Shown in pieces: positions 36,101 through 49,200 of a DNA stretch of 64,000 bases. The stretch's first letter is position 1. Each line of letters begins with the position of its first letter. Source of the DNA: Selaginella moellendorffii (Eukaryota; Plantae; Lycopodiophyta); NCBI RefSeq assembly GCF_000143415.4, contig NW_003314327.1, positions 1,002,725 to 1,066,724 of the forward strand, read 5' to 3'. The notes beneath the pieces are model-generated. The model ran no database searches. It was not told where the DNA came from and worked only from the letters and a program-made list of their open reading frames with translations. The position numbers were made by a program, and so were the translations under genes.

Positions 36101-39050
36101 GGATGGAACTGAGCCATAGAAATCAAAAGGCATATCCCACAGTGGTTATGCAAGTTGGGAGTGGAAAATCAAGAGGGTGCTCGAGGATGTTGTTGCTAGT
36201 AACCGTGAGGCCATGGAGAGTCTAAAATATGGAATTGTCCATGTTAGACTATATGACAACTATAAAGCTTGCGAAAAGGGAGGCCTTAGCAAGCTGAGGG
36301 ACAGAGTTCCTTCAAGGTTCCCAAAGACGATTCTAGGTAGCTTAGTACCTAGAAAGGCCAAGTGTAAATGGTTCATGGAACACGCGAAATCAGAGTGGTG
36401 CAGCAGAAGCGTGGTCTTGAAGCTTGCCATGAGGCAAGGCTATCAAGGTTAGGGAAGTAGTTCCCGAGTGTTCAAAGAGAGGGCTTTGAACGAAAGTCGC
36501 TGGTCAAGGACTTTCACGCTTATGCATGAACCATGTTACAGTGGTCAGAGGACTTGCCAAGCGAGATTGGCATGTCGGGGGAACAAATACCCTAATTGAA
36601 GGTGATAACTTCAAAAAGGGTGGGCCATGGGGCCGAGCATGGAGGAGTCCATGCATGATCACAGACATGTCAAGTGAGAGGACTTGGTAGTGCGGAGGAA
36701 CTAGGTTCCTAAGCTGTGATCTGTAGCGCGCTTTAAATATAAATTGGTGCACCGGCATGGGGAGTCACGCTAGGCATCCGGTGTGATGCCATCCGTAGAT
36801 GCATATACGGAGGTTGGGTTCGAGTCCCGACCCTCTAGTGCTTGGGTTCGAGTCCCAAATCACTAGGGCGTGGTGATGGTTTGGAATATGAGGACACTCA
36901 TATTTCGGTGGTCATGGACTCTCAATGAGGAGATTGGCTTGGGCACACCGCCAAGCGGGGGATGCCCCGGAGTCGTGATGCACGGTTAGATTGCTTAGTG
37001 TGAAAGCTCAGCATATCTAACTAGAACACTTTGGTGCAAGTGGCACCAAGGTCGTGGTGAGTGAGATGGGGACACCTAATCTCAGTTGCTATGAACCCTT
37101 GGCCGTAAGGGCTAGCTTGGGTGCACCGCCAAGTGTGGGGGATGCCCCCGGGGTTATAGTCAACAACTTGGAGGTCTAGAAGACCAAGTACCTCTTGGCA
37201 ACTCTGTTAAGGTGCCAAGGTGAGATCACTAGGTGATCTTATGGCCAAATAAGGACAAGGTCCTTGGTTGGCTAAGGAATGAAGTTCCTAGTTCAAAATG
37301 TTGAAATTGAACTGTTTAAGGTGGTGTGGCTTGGTCATGATGACCAAGTGGGAAGAGCACCTAAGGGAAATAAACTATGTCCGTGCAATGGCATAGTGAG
37401 TCCGAGGAAAGTAGTCTCTATAAAAGACCCATGGGAGGGTCACGAAGTTGGGCCGTGGATAGAGCCCATAGCAGAAGATGCTAAAGAGACGTACTAGAGG
37501 TGAACATCCTCCGGACTTGGCAAAGAAGAGTCTTTGTTATGGAACCGAAAGGATACCTCAAAAATGGAGGTAGCGATCCTATGTTGCTGGGTGCAATAAT
37601 CAAGGATAGGAGCAAAGGACTAGTGGCCAAGTTTGGGCCATGGAATTTAATGGAAGGGATCCAAATGGCAAAGTTAGCCAAGGAACACTAATGTGTTTGA
37701 TGCTAACAGCTTGTGGGAAAAGAAGTGGACTTCCAAAGATGGATTCCTAAGTGCTCCAATTTGGCGAAGTAAAAGCTCCAAGTGAGGGAGCGGTAAGGTA
37801 GCCAAATGATAGGGCCATGGACAGCCCTAGCACAAAGTATGATAAATGGAACTTAGTGCCCAAGGTGGCACGAAATAGAAGAGAGGATGATGGTGCCCTC
37901 AAGTAATGAACTTTCTAGGATGGGGAAGTGGAGTTGCACAATCTGTGCAATGCAAGGTGTTGGAGACACCTAGGAAATTGACTTCCAAAAGTCAAAAGAG
38001 TAAAAGTTCCACCGTGCAAACGTTCAATAGATGGAAATTGAGACTACTCGAGGAGTAGTGGGATTGACTTAGAGAAGGGTCTCTAAGAAGTTTAGCGAGA
38101 ACTAAACCAATAAAAGGAGAGAACCACTATATGTGGTCCAATCAGTCTCTAAGTTGGAGAGACTACCCTCCTTAGAGGATATGCAAAAGGCATGGTGAGC
38201 CTTCAATGTCCAACCATTGACGAATATGGAGAAGGCATGGTGAGCCTTCAATGTCACACCATTGACAAATATTGGCTACGCGCCAAGGATGGAAATGGTA
38301 ACACATGCGGGTGTTACTTTATAAAATGGTTCACCGTTCGATGAGGACATCGAACTTCGTCTATGGGTGGTGGAGTTGTGAGACACAAAATCCCTAGGCC
38401 CCAAAGTGGAGCCGGAAGGGCGCCACATGGTAGTGGCCGAAGCGAGAGCCAAACGAGCGTAACACGTTTGGACCAAAAGCTCCGACTTGAAAGGTCAAGA
38501 GCGGGAGTGGAACTCCCAACGAAGTGCTCGAAGAATGAGCACGAAGCGAGCAAAAGGCAAGGCTCCAAAAAGGGACCCAAAAGGACCAACACATGACACG
38601 TGGGAGTGTCCGAGATGGACTCGAGTTGGAGTCCGAAGTGGAGTCCGAGATGGACCCGAGTTGGAGTCCGAAGTGGAGTCCGAGATGGACCCGAGTTGGA
38701 GTCCGAAGTGGAGTCCGAGATGGACCCGAGTTGGAGTCCGAAGTGGAGTCCGAGATGGACCCGAGTTGGAGTCCGAAGTGGAGTCCGAGATGGACCCGAG
38801 TTGGAGTCCGAAGTGGAGTCCGAGATGGACCCGAGATGGAGTCCGAGATGGAGTCCGAAGTGGAGTCCGAGGTGGACCCGAGATGGACCCGAGTTGGAGT
38901 CCGAGATGGAGTCCGAGATGGACCCGAGATGGAGTCCGAGATGGAGTCCGAGATGGACCCGAGATGGACCCGAGATGGACCCGAGATGGAGTCCGAGATG
39001 GAGTCCGAGATGGAGTCCGAGATGGAGTCCGAAGTCGAGACCGAGACCGG

Positions 39051-39082
<32 letters not shown>

Positions 39083-40203
39083 TCGGAACCGAGACCGAGA
39101 CCGAGGCCGAGGCCGAGACCGAGCCCGAGCCCGAGTCCGAGTCCGAATCCGAGTCCGAGTCCGAGTCCGAGTTCAAGTCCGAGTCCGAGTCCGAGTCCGG
39201 AGCCTGAGAGGGTGAAAGCCCAAAGCGTTCGTCTCCCAGACCCTGGGGGGTTTGGTGAGCTCCAAAAGTATAGTAGGGGGGAGGACTGCAGTGGAGCCAG
39301 TTTGGCCAGGAAAGGCCAGTTTGGCCCAGGAAGGCCGGACCCAGTGTTGGGTGATGAGCTGCCCACTGGGAAGTCCAAGACTAGAGTGAACACAGACCGA
39401 CAAGCGGGGAAGCTTGGTGAAGTGTTCAAGAGCCGGCTCTAGTTCCCCCGGGAGATCGACTGGCCGATGCTCCCAGTCCAAGTGTGGGTGGCACTACCTA
39501 CTTGGATACCTGGTGTGGCTCAACGGAACCCGCTCTAAGCCCATGGCTAGAGCACCCAAGGGCAGAAGGCGAGGAGAGTACCCAGGTGGCTCGCGTAAGG
39601 CCACGGTGTTCCGAAATGTTGTCCCAAAGGCCCAGACTGTGGAAAGGAAGAGGAGCAGTCCTCTGGGGTAGTGACCAAGGACACAGTCGTGTGGTGAGGA
39701 AGTCCCAGAGGACCGTGGGACTTAGTGGTCGGGCCTGTGGGTCTCGATCTAGTGGCAGTGTTGGCAAACACGGCCAGGGGCAGAAAGGGACTTAGTGGGG
39801 ACTGACAGAGGGATATTGGGGAAGGCTATTCCCCTTGTCGGTGGGCATCCTAAGGATGCTAAGGAGTGGATCTGAGATGACCACTCACGGATGGTTTGCC
39901 TAGTCTTGGAGAGCCAAGACGGTGATGCAAGTGGTATTGGACTACCAGTGTGGCAAAGGTGATTGGGCATGGCCTTAGCGTAACGGGCTGCTATGTCGGT
40001 GGTACCTTTGAGTGTCGGTCATGGGATCGGACACGTGGAGCACTTGGACCAAGTGCAAATGTTGAGTGGCATGGATGCCATTCTCGGGGCTAGCAAGTCC
40101 CAAGTCCTGGATTGGACTTATGGAGGTTGTGAATGAGACTCCTCCAAGTGGTCAGAGGTGTGGTTAAGTGACTAAAGTAGAATGGAAAATTTAGTCGCTT
40201 ACA
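32459..40203 (+). mobile_element. Complete young family A LARD-like element (A-vi): 5' LTR 32459-34268, 3' LTR 38377-40203
   Basis: TSD GTTTG on both sides; near-identical LTRs; PBS TGGTATCGGAGC after 34268; PPT ATGGGTGGTGGAGT before 38377; ~4.1 kb internal region with no long ORF. Confidence 0.95.
32692..33265 (+). repeat. U3 minisatellite of family A LTRs: 11/12-bp GAGATGGA(G/C)TCC-type units, a 35-bp higher-order unit and GAGACC/GAGTCC hexamers
   Basis: Visible tandem arrays, also at ~2315-2510, 5895-6410, 11810-12165, 13600-13870, 23090-23425 and 38610-39200; a related array occurs in the C LTRs. Confidence 0.9.
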
Positions 40204-43200
40204 GTTTGGTGCAAAGGGTTCACATTTGTTCCTTGGTTATAGTTTAGGTTACCTTTTGTACCTAATAATGTGAGCTTGCTCTTGGGCTTATAGGATGGAT
40301 TTGAGATGTTCCGTTCACACGAGTTTGAGCTTGGGCTCGTGAGTGAGGCACATTAGCAACTTGAGGTTATGCTTTGAGTTGGCAGGATTAATGTTAGCCT
40401 ATCGGTGGTTCCATAAGTTGTTCCATGTACCATGGGTGAAAGCAAACCTCCTTGGGTTTGCTATGAGTGGCAAATAAGCTGGTCCGTAGCTGTTTAGCAC
40501 GGCACTAGTAGATCCTTCCTAGGCATGATTACAAGTGGATCAACTAAGACTGTAGGCATTAGTTTATTGGTTCAAGTAATCATTGTTGTGCTCTCTCATA
40601 AACTTTTCTTGGATTGGACTGAAGGCAGTGCGAAAGCAAGCTTGAGGTTTGGTCAAAGATGAGACCGAAAAGAGAGTCATCGGGAACGGAGGATCAAACA
40701 CGTAAATCATCTTTTCTTCTTGGAGAGATGATTTGCAACAAGGTGTTAACTCATTGCTCGTGTTCACATCATGCAATCAAGAGTCCCTACCTTGATGCAT
40801 CTTGGAGATGATGGTCTTACAAATGGTGAGTTATGGGATGGATAGTGGTGAAACACTATACCATTTTGTCTAAGCTTGTTATTGGAAGACTTGGGTTGCA
40901 ATGTTCAATTCTTTTCCGAAAAACCTTGCTATTGCTCCTTGAGTAACTTGGTGTTGGATTAGTTTTGAGTTTGGTTGGATAGAGAGTGGCATGAGCTTGT
41001 CCGTGTTATGAACAAAAGTTAGTGGTGTTAGGTGTTGTAAATCTCTATCAGTGGAGTGTGGCATTTATGTTGCATTTTGTCGAATCGAGTTGGCACTTGA
41101 TACTCACATAAACCTTTGTAGTAGTGACATTGGCATTGCTCGTGGTGTTACTCAATTGATGATCAAGTTATTGTGATAATTATATCATATCCATGTGATA
41201 ATGAGCAATGTGTTTACAAAGTTGCTTGGTTAAACGATGATCAACCCCAAAGTGGTTGATGGTGAGGCTAGTCTACTTGCACGAAGTAGCATTGTAGTAG
41301 CTTTGACTAGATTCTCAATGGTGGTTCATTATGCTAAGCTTAAGTTGGTTCCTTGTTCCTTGTTTCCTTGAGGGTTTGCCCATAAAGTGTTGGAAAGGAT
41401 TATAGCATTCACTTGCTATAGCTTGTTGGTTTATCCGTTAACACTTGGAGTAGATTGTTGGATGAAGAAGGTGTGTAGTTGAGGCATTAACATCGCTTAC
41501 ACTTGTGTTAGTGGAAGTGGCATTATTATTTCAAGTGATGAGGAATTTTCCTTAGAGCTTGATTTTCCATGTCATTTTTCTTGTTAGTGTTTTAGCTTCA
41601 CATTGGATCTTGAAGGTGGTTGAAGAAGAGTGTTAGTGCAATGTGGATATTTGAAGATGTGGTCTTCGTGATCAAGTCTTGGATATTCCATTTGCATTTT
41701 TATAGATATCAATGTTGGATGACGAAAGAATGGGCAAAAAGATGTTCGATGCTTAAGCATGCTATGGGTCTCGAGAATTTGTGTTGAGGTGAGCCTATGT
41801 GAAGTTGTTAAGTAGGAGGAAGTTGGTTGAGTCTTGAAAGTTTGCATTCCTGGACTAAGAGTCATTCTTTCTCTAGGATGGAAAATTTTCCATAAATTTT
41901 CTTAGACTTTTCCAATGGCTGATCTGTTATCATTTTGTCCAAAAACCATTCCGTTTTCGTAAGCCAATACAAACTAGTGAAGGGGTTAGAGTTGATTTTG
42001 GTTGGCTTAGACCTTAATAGATAGTTTGTATGATGCGGCCCGAAAGGGATGCTAACTTTTGGGGCTAAGGCAATTGAGTTGGATAGAGTCTGGAGTTAGT
42101 GTAAAAAAGTGGCCGCTGCATTTTTCTAGAAAGGTGACCCTTGTGCCTTTCTTTTGTAACGTTATGCTTGGTGGCAGCTTGCACTTTGCATTTCGTTAGA
42201 CTCTATGAGAGTAGTGAGCTCTCACTGATCTTGACTTGGTCTTGGTGGCCCTGCGCCTTGGCTGAGGATGGTGATGTCCAACTTAGTTGTTTGAGTTTGA
42301 GATGTTAGTACCCATATTATAGCTTTGTCTATGAGGAAGTTGTGTACCAATATAGATCCATCTCATGGTCTTCACTTTAGTTTCAGCTGAGTGTTGATCA
42401 TGCATAGCTAGCCTCTTCAAGGTATGCTTAGAGCTAGTGGCTAAATGCATTAGTGAACTTATTGCAGTTGAGTTGGATTCGAGTGGTCATTTAGTTTGTG
42501 CTTGTCAATGAACTTTTATCTCATACCGAAGGTATCACATTCATGTTGGACAAGTGTATGACTAAATGACGTGAGTTTAGTGTTTGGGTCTCATGAAAGC
42601 AAGTTGAAAAAGTGATGGTTAGTTGCTTGGCAACTAGTGATTGCTTGTAGACTTTGTCAAGGACTGTTGACACTTGCTTCACTCGATGAAGATTTATCAG
42701 TGATGGGCTTGCTTTACCGAATGGGGTTGCAGAGGATTGTGTCATTAAACTTACATGGGTTTTCCATGTTGGCATGTCGACTCTACCTCTGTCGATATCA
42801 TTTGGTTGCATTTAGTTCATAGTGTTGGATTTCATTGAGTCTTGGACGTGGTGATGCACTCCTTGAGGAAGTGTTATCTATAACTGAGTATTGTTGAAGG
42901 ATTGGTTTCGGATACTAAATAAAGTATCTTCGATCTTGGTTAGCTTGGTTGCTAGAGAGCTTTGAATGGTGATTCACTCTTGCTTTCTTCTAGCTTTGTT
43001 CTAATATTGATAGCATTGAAGTAATGCCTTGTCATTGACATTGTTGATATTGAGATTTCAGTGAAATGAGATGTCTCTCCGCAAGATTGATGTCGAGTTT
43101 CATTAGTCTTAATGAAGATAGTGTTGATGATTTGGCTATGGCTTGTGTTATTGGCATTGGTGCATTTGCTAGTTAGCAACTATGTTGACGTTCAAATGAA

Positions 43201-46200
43201 TTGAGTGACAAGTTTGAGTTAGTTGTGTTCTAGACAAAGTTGTTCAGTAGAGGTTGAGCTTTGAGCTTTCTTTGAAAAGTGATTTAGTCATGGACTATGC
43301 TAACTCTATAAGTGGAAGAGTTAGTGATCGATGTTCGAATGTTTGAATCCTTATTGGATTTGAATTGGAATATATTGATCATTGATGATTCTTCTTGTGC
43401 TTGTTATAAAGTGACTTACGTCTTGCTATAGATGGATTCATGGAGGATCGTTTGGTGATCACTTGTTAAGCATAGCTTCGTTATGCTTAGCTTTTGGATT
43501 GATGCAGATATGCTCTTCATTAGCTTTGCATTCTGAAGTTTAGTTTATGGATGTGTTGAGGAGAATATTATGGATTATACCATGATTTTCTTCTTAGTAT
43601 TGAAGTTAGTTCATGTGAGACTCGTGATCATTGCTAGGCATGACTTGGCTATAGACTTCTTAGAGCTTGTGGTTCTTTGAGTTTTATGCTCGTTGTTCCA
43701 TTTGTTAGAAGTTGTTGGGGAAGGCATTATGGCTCATTAGCCTTAATATTGAAGTTGGCTTTTACATCTTGCAGTCATTAGTGATGCTTAACTATCATCT
43801 AAGATAGTTGATTATCATTAACAAAGGTTTTGCTTGATTATTGTTGGTATAGACTGGGTTGCTGTTCTTCGGGATGGTGGATTCTTTCTTCAACGATGAT
43901 TATGCATCACTGCATTGATGGGATGATTGATGATCTTTCATGATAGTTAGTTGTTCTCTTTGATGGCTTGTGGCTTTTTGCAATATCACATATTCTTTGT
44001 GATTTGCTCTGGATTGGTCCCTTGGGTTTGAGACATCAATAGGATGTTGCTGACACTTGCTTAGGCAACTTAAGTTCCTTGGTATTCTTGGCTGGGATCT
44101 ATTCAGATTGGCTTTTGTGATAGTTGGCAGGACTGAGTGTTTGTTGGTCTTACTGCATTCATTCTCTTCTGTTGATTGTTGCTCGAATTAGTTTTAATAG
44201 ATTTGGATGTTCTTTCCTTTAGGTGATACATTCGCGAGCATTTTGCTTGTCTGTCAATGATACTTTGTGTTCTTTGAGTTATCTTTCATAAGTTGTTTGG
44301 CATTCTGTTTGCAATCTTTAATAGTTAAACATTATCATTGAGTTTACTTGATGATATACTTGCTATTGAATTTTGTTGATGGTGCATCTTATGTTTACCA
44401 ACTATAATGATCTTGGTGGTTCCTGCACTATTATACTGGTTTATCGGATGATAACTTGCTTAGAATACTTTTGTGTTCTACTCTAAGATATAATCACTGA
44501 TAATTAAGCTTCTAAGATATCATTGTTTCTGACTTTGATATTGTCCATCTATTGATCTTTGAGTTTGGGCCAGTATAGGCAGACTGGCTTTGGCACTTCG
44601 TGTGCACGTTGAAATCTCTAGTCATGGGGTAGCTACTGTCGACTGGTCACATAACCCGCCTCTCTATCGATGTTCCTTATTCCGTTAAAAGGGCGTGACT
44701 GTGTAAACAACTCTAACTGCCTGTTTACAGTAGTCTATCTAAACCTTACCGATGGGTTTCGCGAATGTGACTTCGGGTATCGAAAGTTACCTATCAACTA
44801 GTGCTTACGGACACTCTTACCTTACTGCCACGATGGCAGGAGGTCGGTATTGCTGGACCCTTTATCAGCCCCTCTTGTTCAAGTGTTAGTAAACTGGACT
44901 TTGCATCTGTACTTGGCCGGATGAGCATAAGGACGGAATTCCTAAGTGTCTATTCAGCCAAGCATACTTGGCCTGGCTTTTTAGTTCTCTTTTGCTCTGT
45001 CTTGCACTGGCTTGACAAGAACCCTCGCGTATTGTGATTGGTCCCTCAATATCGCTACATGATAGCTTACCGTGTCTGCCAAACACCCTCGCTATCATGC
45101 CCTTTGTGTTAGTCTCATTTCGGTCCCAAATGCTATTTATGGAAAGTGTCCAGATTTGCTCATTTGGCATATCTACGGAATGTAGAGATCGGTCTAAACA
45201 CAATGGTATTCGTCCCATGTCCAAATTCACAATCTAGGGACATTCCATATTTAGTAAGTTTCAAGCTTGTCCCAGAGACTAACTCCTGATACTAAGGGAG
45301 GCTTGGGGTGAAAGCCCAGGGATGTGGGGGGTTCCAAATGTATAGTAGGGATAGTGGGTAGGTTGGGCATGGCCGACCAACCTGAGGCATAGTCTAGCTC
45401 CCGCTTGCGTGCCTATCCTTGTTCTGCGTCTGGCTTGGGTCTAAGCCCAAGTTCCATTCCATGCTAGTTGGTGGAGTACCCATATCCTCGCGTTAGGCCA
45501 CCGGTATACCGAAATAGCGCCAGACTCCGTTTGGCTCCGTTTTGCGTGCTGGTTCTGGCATTGGGATGCTGGTTGCTCCAGGACTGTTCCAAGTCGCTCC
45601 GGGCTCCTGTCCCTCCGCTCCTTGGGCTTTATGCTCGAGAGTTGCTCCGTGGTTCGGTTCTGTCACTCCTTGGCTTCATGCTTGGGAGTTTAGCACTGTT
45701 CCTTCGTTTAGTGGCCCAAGGCCCTGAACCTCGGGTTCCTATGGACACGTGGCATGTGACACGTGGCATCTGTCACGTGGCACAAAGAAGGTTAGGTTCC
45801 GCTTCGTGGTGTTATCCTATGGTAAATCACCATAGGATAAAGGGTCAAAACCACGTGCGTTACACCAAGCCACACCATCATCAATAGTTCAAATCAACAC
45901 TTTAAACTAGGAACCTTATTCCTTAACCTCATAAGGACCTTGTCCTTGTTTTAGCTAGAAGATCACCTAGTGATCTAACCTTAGCACCTTAACAGGTTAA
46001 CCCAAGGTTCTAAGTCCTTCAAACCTTTAAGTTGTTCACTATGACCCCGGGGGCATCCCCCACACTTGGCAGTGCACCCAAGTCAGCCCTTCTGGCCAAG
46101 GGTCCATAGCAACTGAGATTAAGTGTCCCCATCTCCTTCACCACATCCTTGGTGCCACTTACACCAAAGTGTTTAAGTTAGATATGCCAAGCCACACTAA

Positions 46201-49200
46201 GCAATTTAACCGTGCATCATGACTCTGGGGCATCCCTCGCTTAGCGGTGTGCCCAAGCTAGTCTCCTTACTAAGAGTCCATAACCACCGAAAAATGAGTG
46301 TCTTCATATTCCAAACCATCACTGCGCCCTAGTGAGTTGGGTTTAAAACCCAAGTACTAGAGGGTTGGGACTTGAACCCAATCTCCGTATATGCATCTAC
46401 AGACAACATCACCCAAGATGCCTGGCGTGACTTCTGACGCCGGTGCACCAACTTATACTTAAAGTGCGTTACAAATCACAGCTTAAGAACCTAGTTCCTC
46501 CGCACTGCCAAGTCCTCTCACTTGACAAGTCTGTGATTATGCATGGACTCTTCCATGTTTGGCCCCATGGGCCACCCCTTTTGAAGTTAGCACCTTCAAC
46601 TAAGGGATTTGTTCCCTTGAGTTGCCAATCCCACTTAGCAAGTCATCCAACCAACGTAACATGGTTTCATGCATAAGCGTGAAAGTCCTCAACCATTGGC
46701 TTTCGTTCAAAGCCATCCCTTTGAACACTTAAGAACTACTTCCCCAACCTTGCTAATATTGCCTTATGGCAAGCTTCAAGACCACGCTTCTACTGCACCA
46801 CTCTGATTTCACACGTTCTATAAATCATTAAACCATGGTTTCTAGGTACTAAACTACCTAGAATTGTCTTTGGGAACCTTCAAGGAACTCTATTCCTTAG
46901 CTTGCTAAGGCTTCTCCTTTTGCAAGCTTTCTAATTACCATATGGTCTAACATGGACAATTCCATGATTTAGACTCTCCATGGCAACATGCCTGAGTGCC
47001 CACTTGATTCTCCACTCCCAACTAACATAACCACCCTTGGTTATGCTCTCTAATTCCTATGGTTTAATTCTATCCCCTTACTATTTGCTTTTGGCCTCAC
47101 ACATTTCCTTCGGTTATTCTCCTCTAGACTAAAATGATAGCTTTGCACTTTCTACCATGCATTAGCAAGTATTCTTAAAGATGAACCTACCCGATAGCCT
47201 AAGGAGTGGTACCTCAATCCGGGTATGCTCACCTTATAATCCCACATACTGGGATTAACATTGCTATATATGGGCTTTTATATGCCCATCATTAGCCTTG
47301 CCAAAATCCCGTTCTTGGCTTTGCCCAATTTGAGTAAATGGACTTCTCCCATCTCCGCAACCTTGAACATTTGGATAGCACCTCTTATCCATCATTCGCT
47401 AGGGATTTAGTCCCTTAGGCCTTATCTATTGCCCTCACGCTACCAAACACCACCTCCTGGTATTCTATAGTGTTTGGGTGTCCCAATGATGGCCTTTTTG
47501 ACAATGAGCATTCCCTTTACAACATTGACTTACTATATTGCAATATAAACAATATATCCCCATAAAGGTATATCTAACTTTTTTATCCCAATAAGAAGTC
47601 TTAGGTAGTTACCTTCTACTAGTTTAACCAATTATTTTTCACCTTTTACTTAATTGCTTTATAGTCGTTAAGTCTTACAACTCATTATTGGTGCTTCCAC
47701 ACCTCTATCATTATTTGGGTCACCACACTCCAATTGCATGCCTTCCAGCTTAAGGTATGCAATTCCTATTTCCATTAGGATTCTTTTGAGAAGGGGTTCT
47801 TATGAACCTGCCAACTTGACCTCAAGGCATCAGGCCTTGGCACATTTGGTGTTTCCACACCATTGGCTCTACAAGCTTACCCTTATGATACTTCCCATTT
47901 GTGTCCGGGTCTTTACCAAGACCAAAGTAGTCATTTCTCATGCCAACTATCAATTAGCACAGCACCATAGTATTCACATACAACTCTATGCCAAAGTTGC
48001 TTTCTTCTAGGAACACCTTTCCCACGACTTTAGTATAGCACATTCTGCCATTGATGAGATACCCACTATTCTCATACTTAGATCTTATGGTCCTCCCCAT
48101 CCTTCATGGGGTACAACGCACCTCAGTCCAAATGCTTTTATCAATCCCTTAGGACCATTCCTTGACTCTACTTGAGTCATATAACATTTCCGGACTTTGC
48201 TAATCCAATGACCTGTAAGGTTCTATTTTGAGGTGCCAACTCGCTGGAATACAACTTCGTGTATTCATGTTCTACTCACAAGGACCATCTTTGCAAGTGT
48301 TACTCCAATACTTGATTTTGTTCTCTGGGGGCAACCTTTGCCCTTAGGACTACTTATCCATGTGATGAAAATACCAACTTATCTTCTAAGTACACCCCCA
48401 ATTCCTTGGGTTGTTCCAGCATTTACTAAAGGTAGCCCCGGCTACCATTTCAAGAACTTGTATCCTCTTCTGCATTTGACCTCCCATGGTCATTAATTCT
48501 GGTTTCACATTCATGAGCACCAACCTCAACTATATAAGGATAATTTTGTGACTCCTTTATTACTTTGGAGTCTTTCCTATGATCCTAAGTATAGTTGTTT
48601 ACCACAACTACATTAGCCAATTTGTTAAGTCAAACGCTCATCTGAATCAAATCCTTAACTCTCTGAGGAAACCCTTATACTATTCCCAAGATCCTAAAGT
48701 CATTCCCTTACTGGCCCTTTTCTATCCACCACATCACGCACAAGTTCACGCATGAACTTGAGTGGAGAGCCATGTCCTCTCGACATGCTACTCCTCGAGG
48801 ATAGGTCCATACCTAAGACATTCAACTTCCAATACAAGTGGTGATATACTTGGCCACCAATAAGAGTCAGACTAAGGAACAGCTCCGATACCAAATTGTA
48901 AGCGACTAATTTTTCCATTCTCTTTAGTCACTTAACCATACCTCCGACCACTTGGAGGAGTCTCACTCACAACCTCCATAAGTCCTATTCCAGACTTGGG
49001 AACTTGTTAGCCCCAAGAATGACATCCACGCCACTCAACCTTTGCACTTGGTCTAAGTGCTCCACGTGTCCAATCCCATGACCAACACCCCAAGGTACCA
49101 CTGATAAATCAGCCCGTTACACTCAAGCCATATCCCTTCACCTTGGTCACACCGGTGGTCTAACACCACCTACGTCACGGTCCCATCTCTCAAGGATTGG

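Larger units (their letters stand above)
31195..45864 (+). mobile_element. Non-coding LTR element (family B): 5' LTR 31195-32350, 3' LTR 44757-45864; interrupted by A-vi
   Basis: ~1.15-kb direct repeats ending GCG(C/T)TACA; TSD CCAAG (31190-31194 and 45865-45869); PBS TGGTATCAGAG at 32353; ~4.6 kb internal region without a recognisable ORF. Confidence 0.9.

Noticed and set aside
36805-36870. Genuine tRNA gene or tRNA-derived SINE
   Set aside because: Only T-arm-like hairpins are present; there is no D/anticodon cloverleaf, tail or TSD.
40830-42740. Copia-like words (DSG, W.LVP, NGVAE) in the family B interior
   Set aside because: They are short, out of copia domain order and in broken frames; chance matches cannot be excluded.
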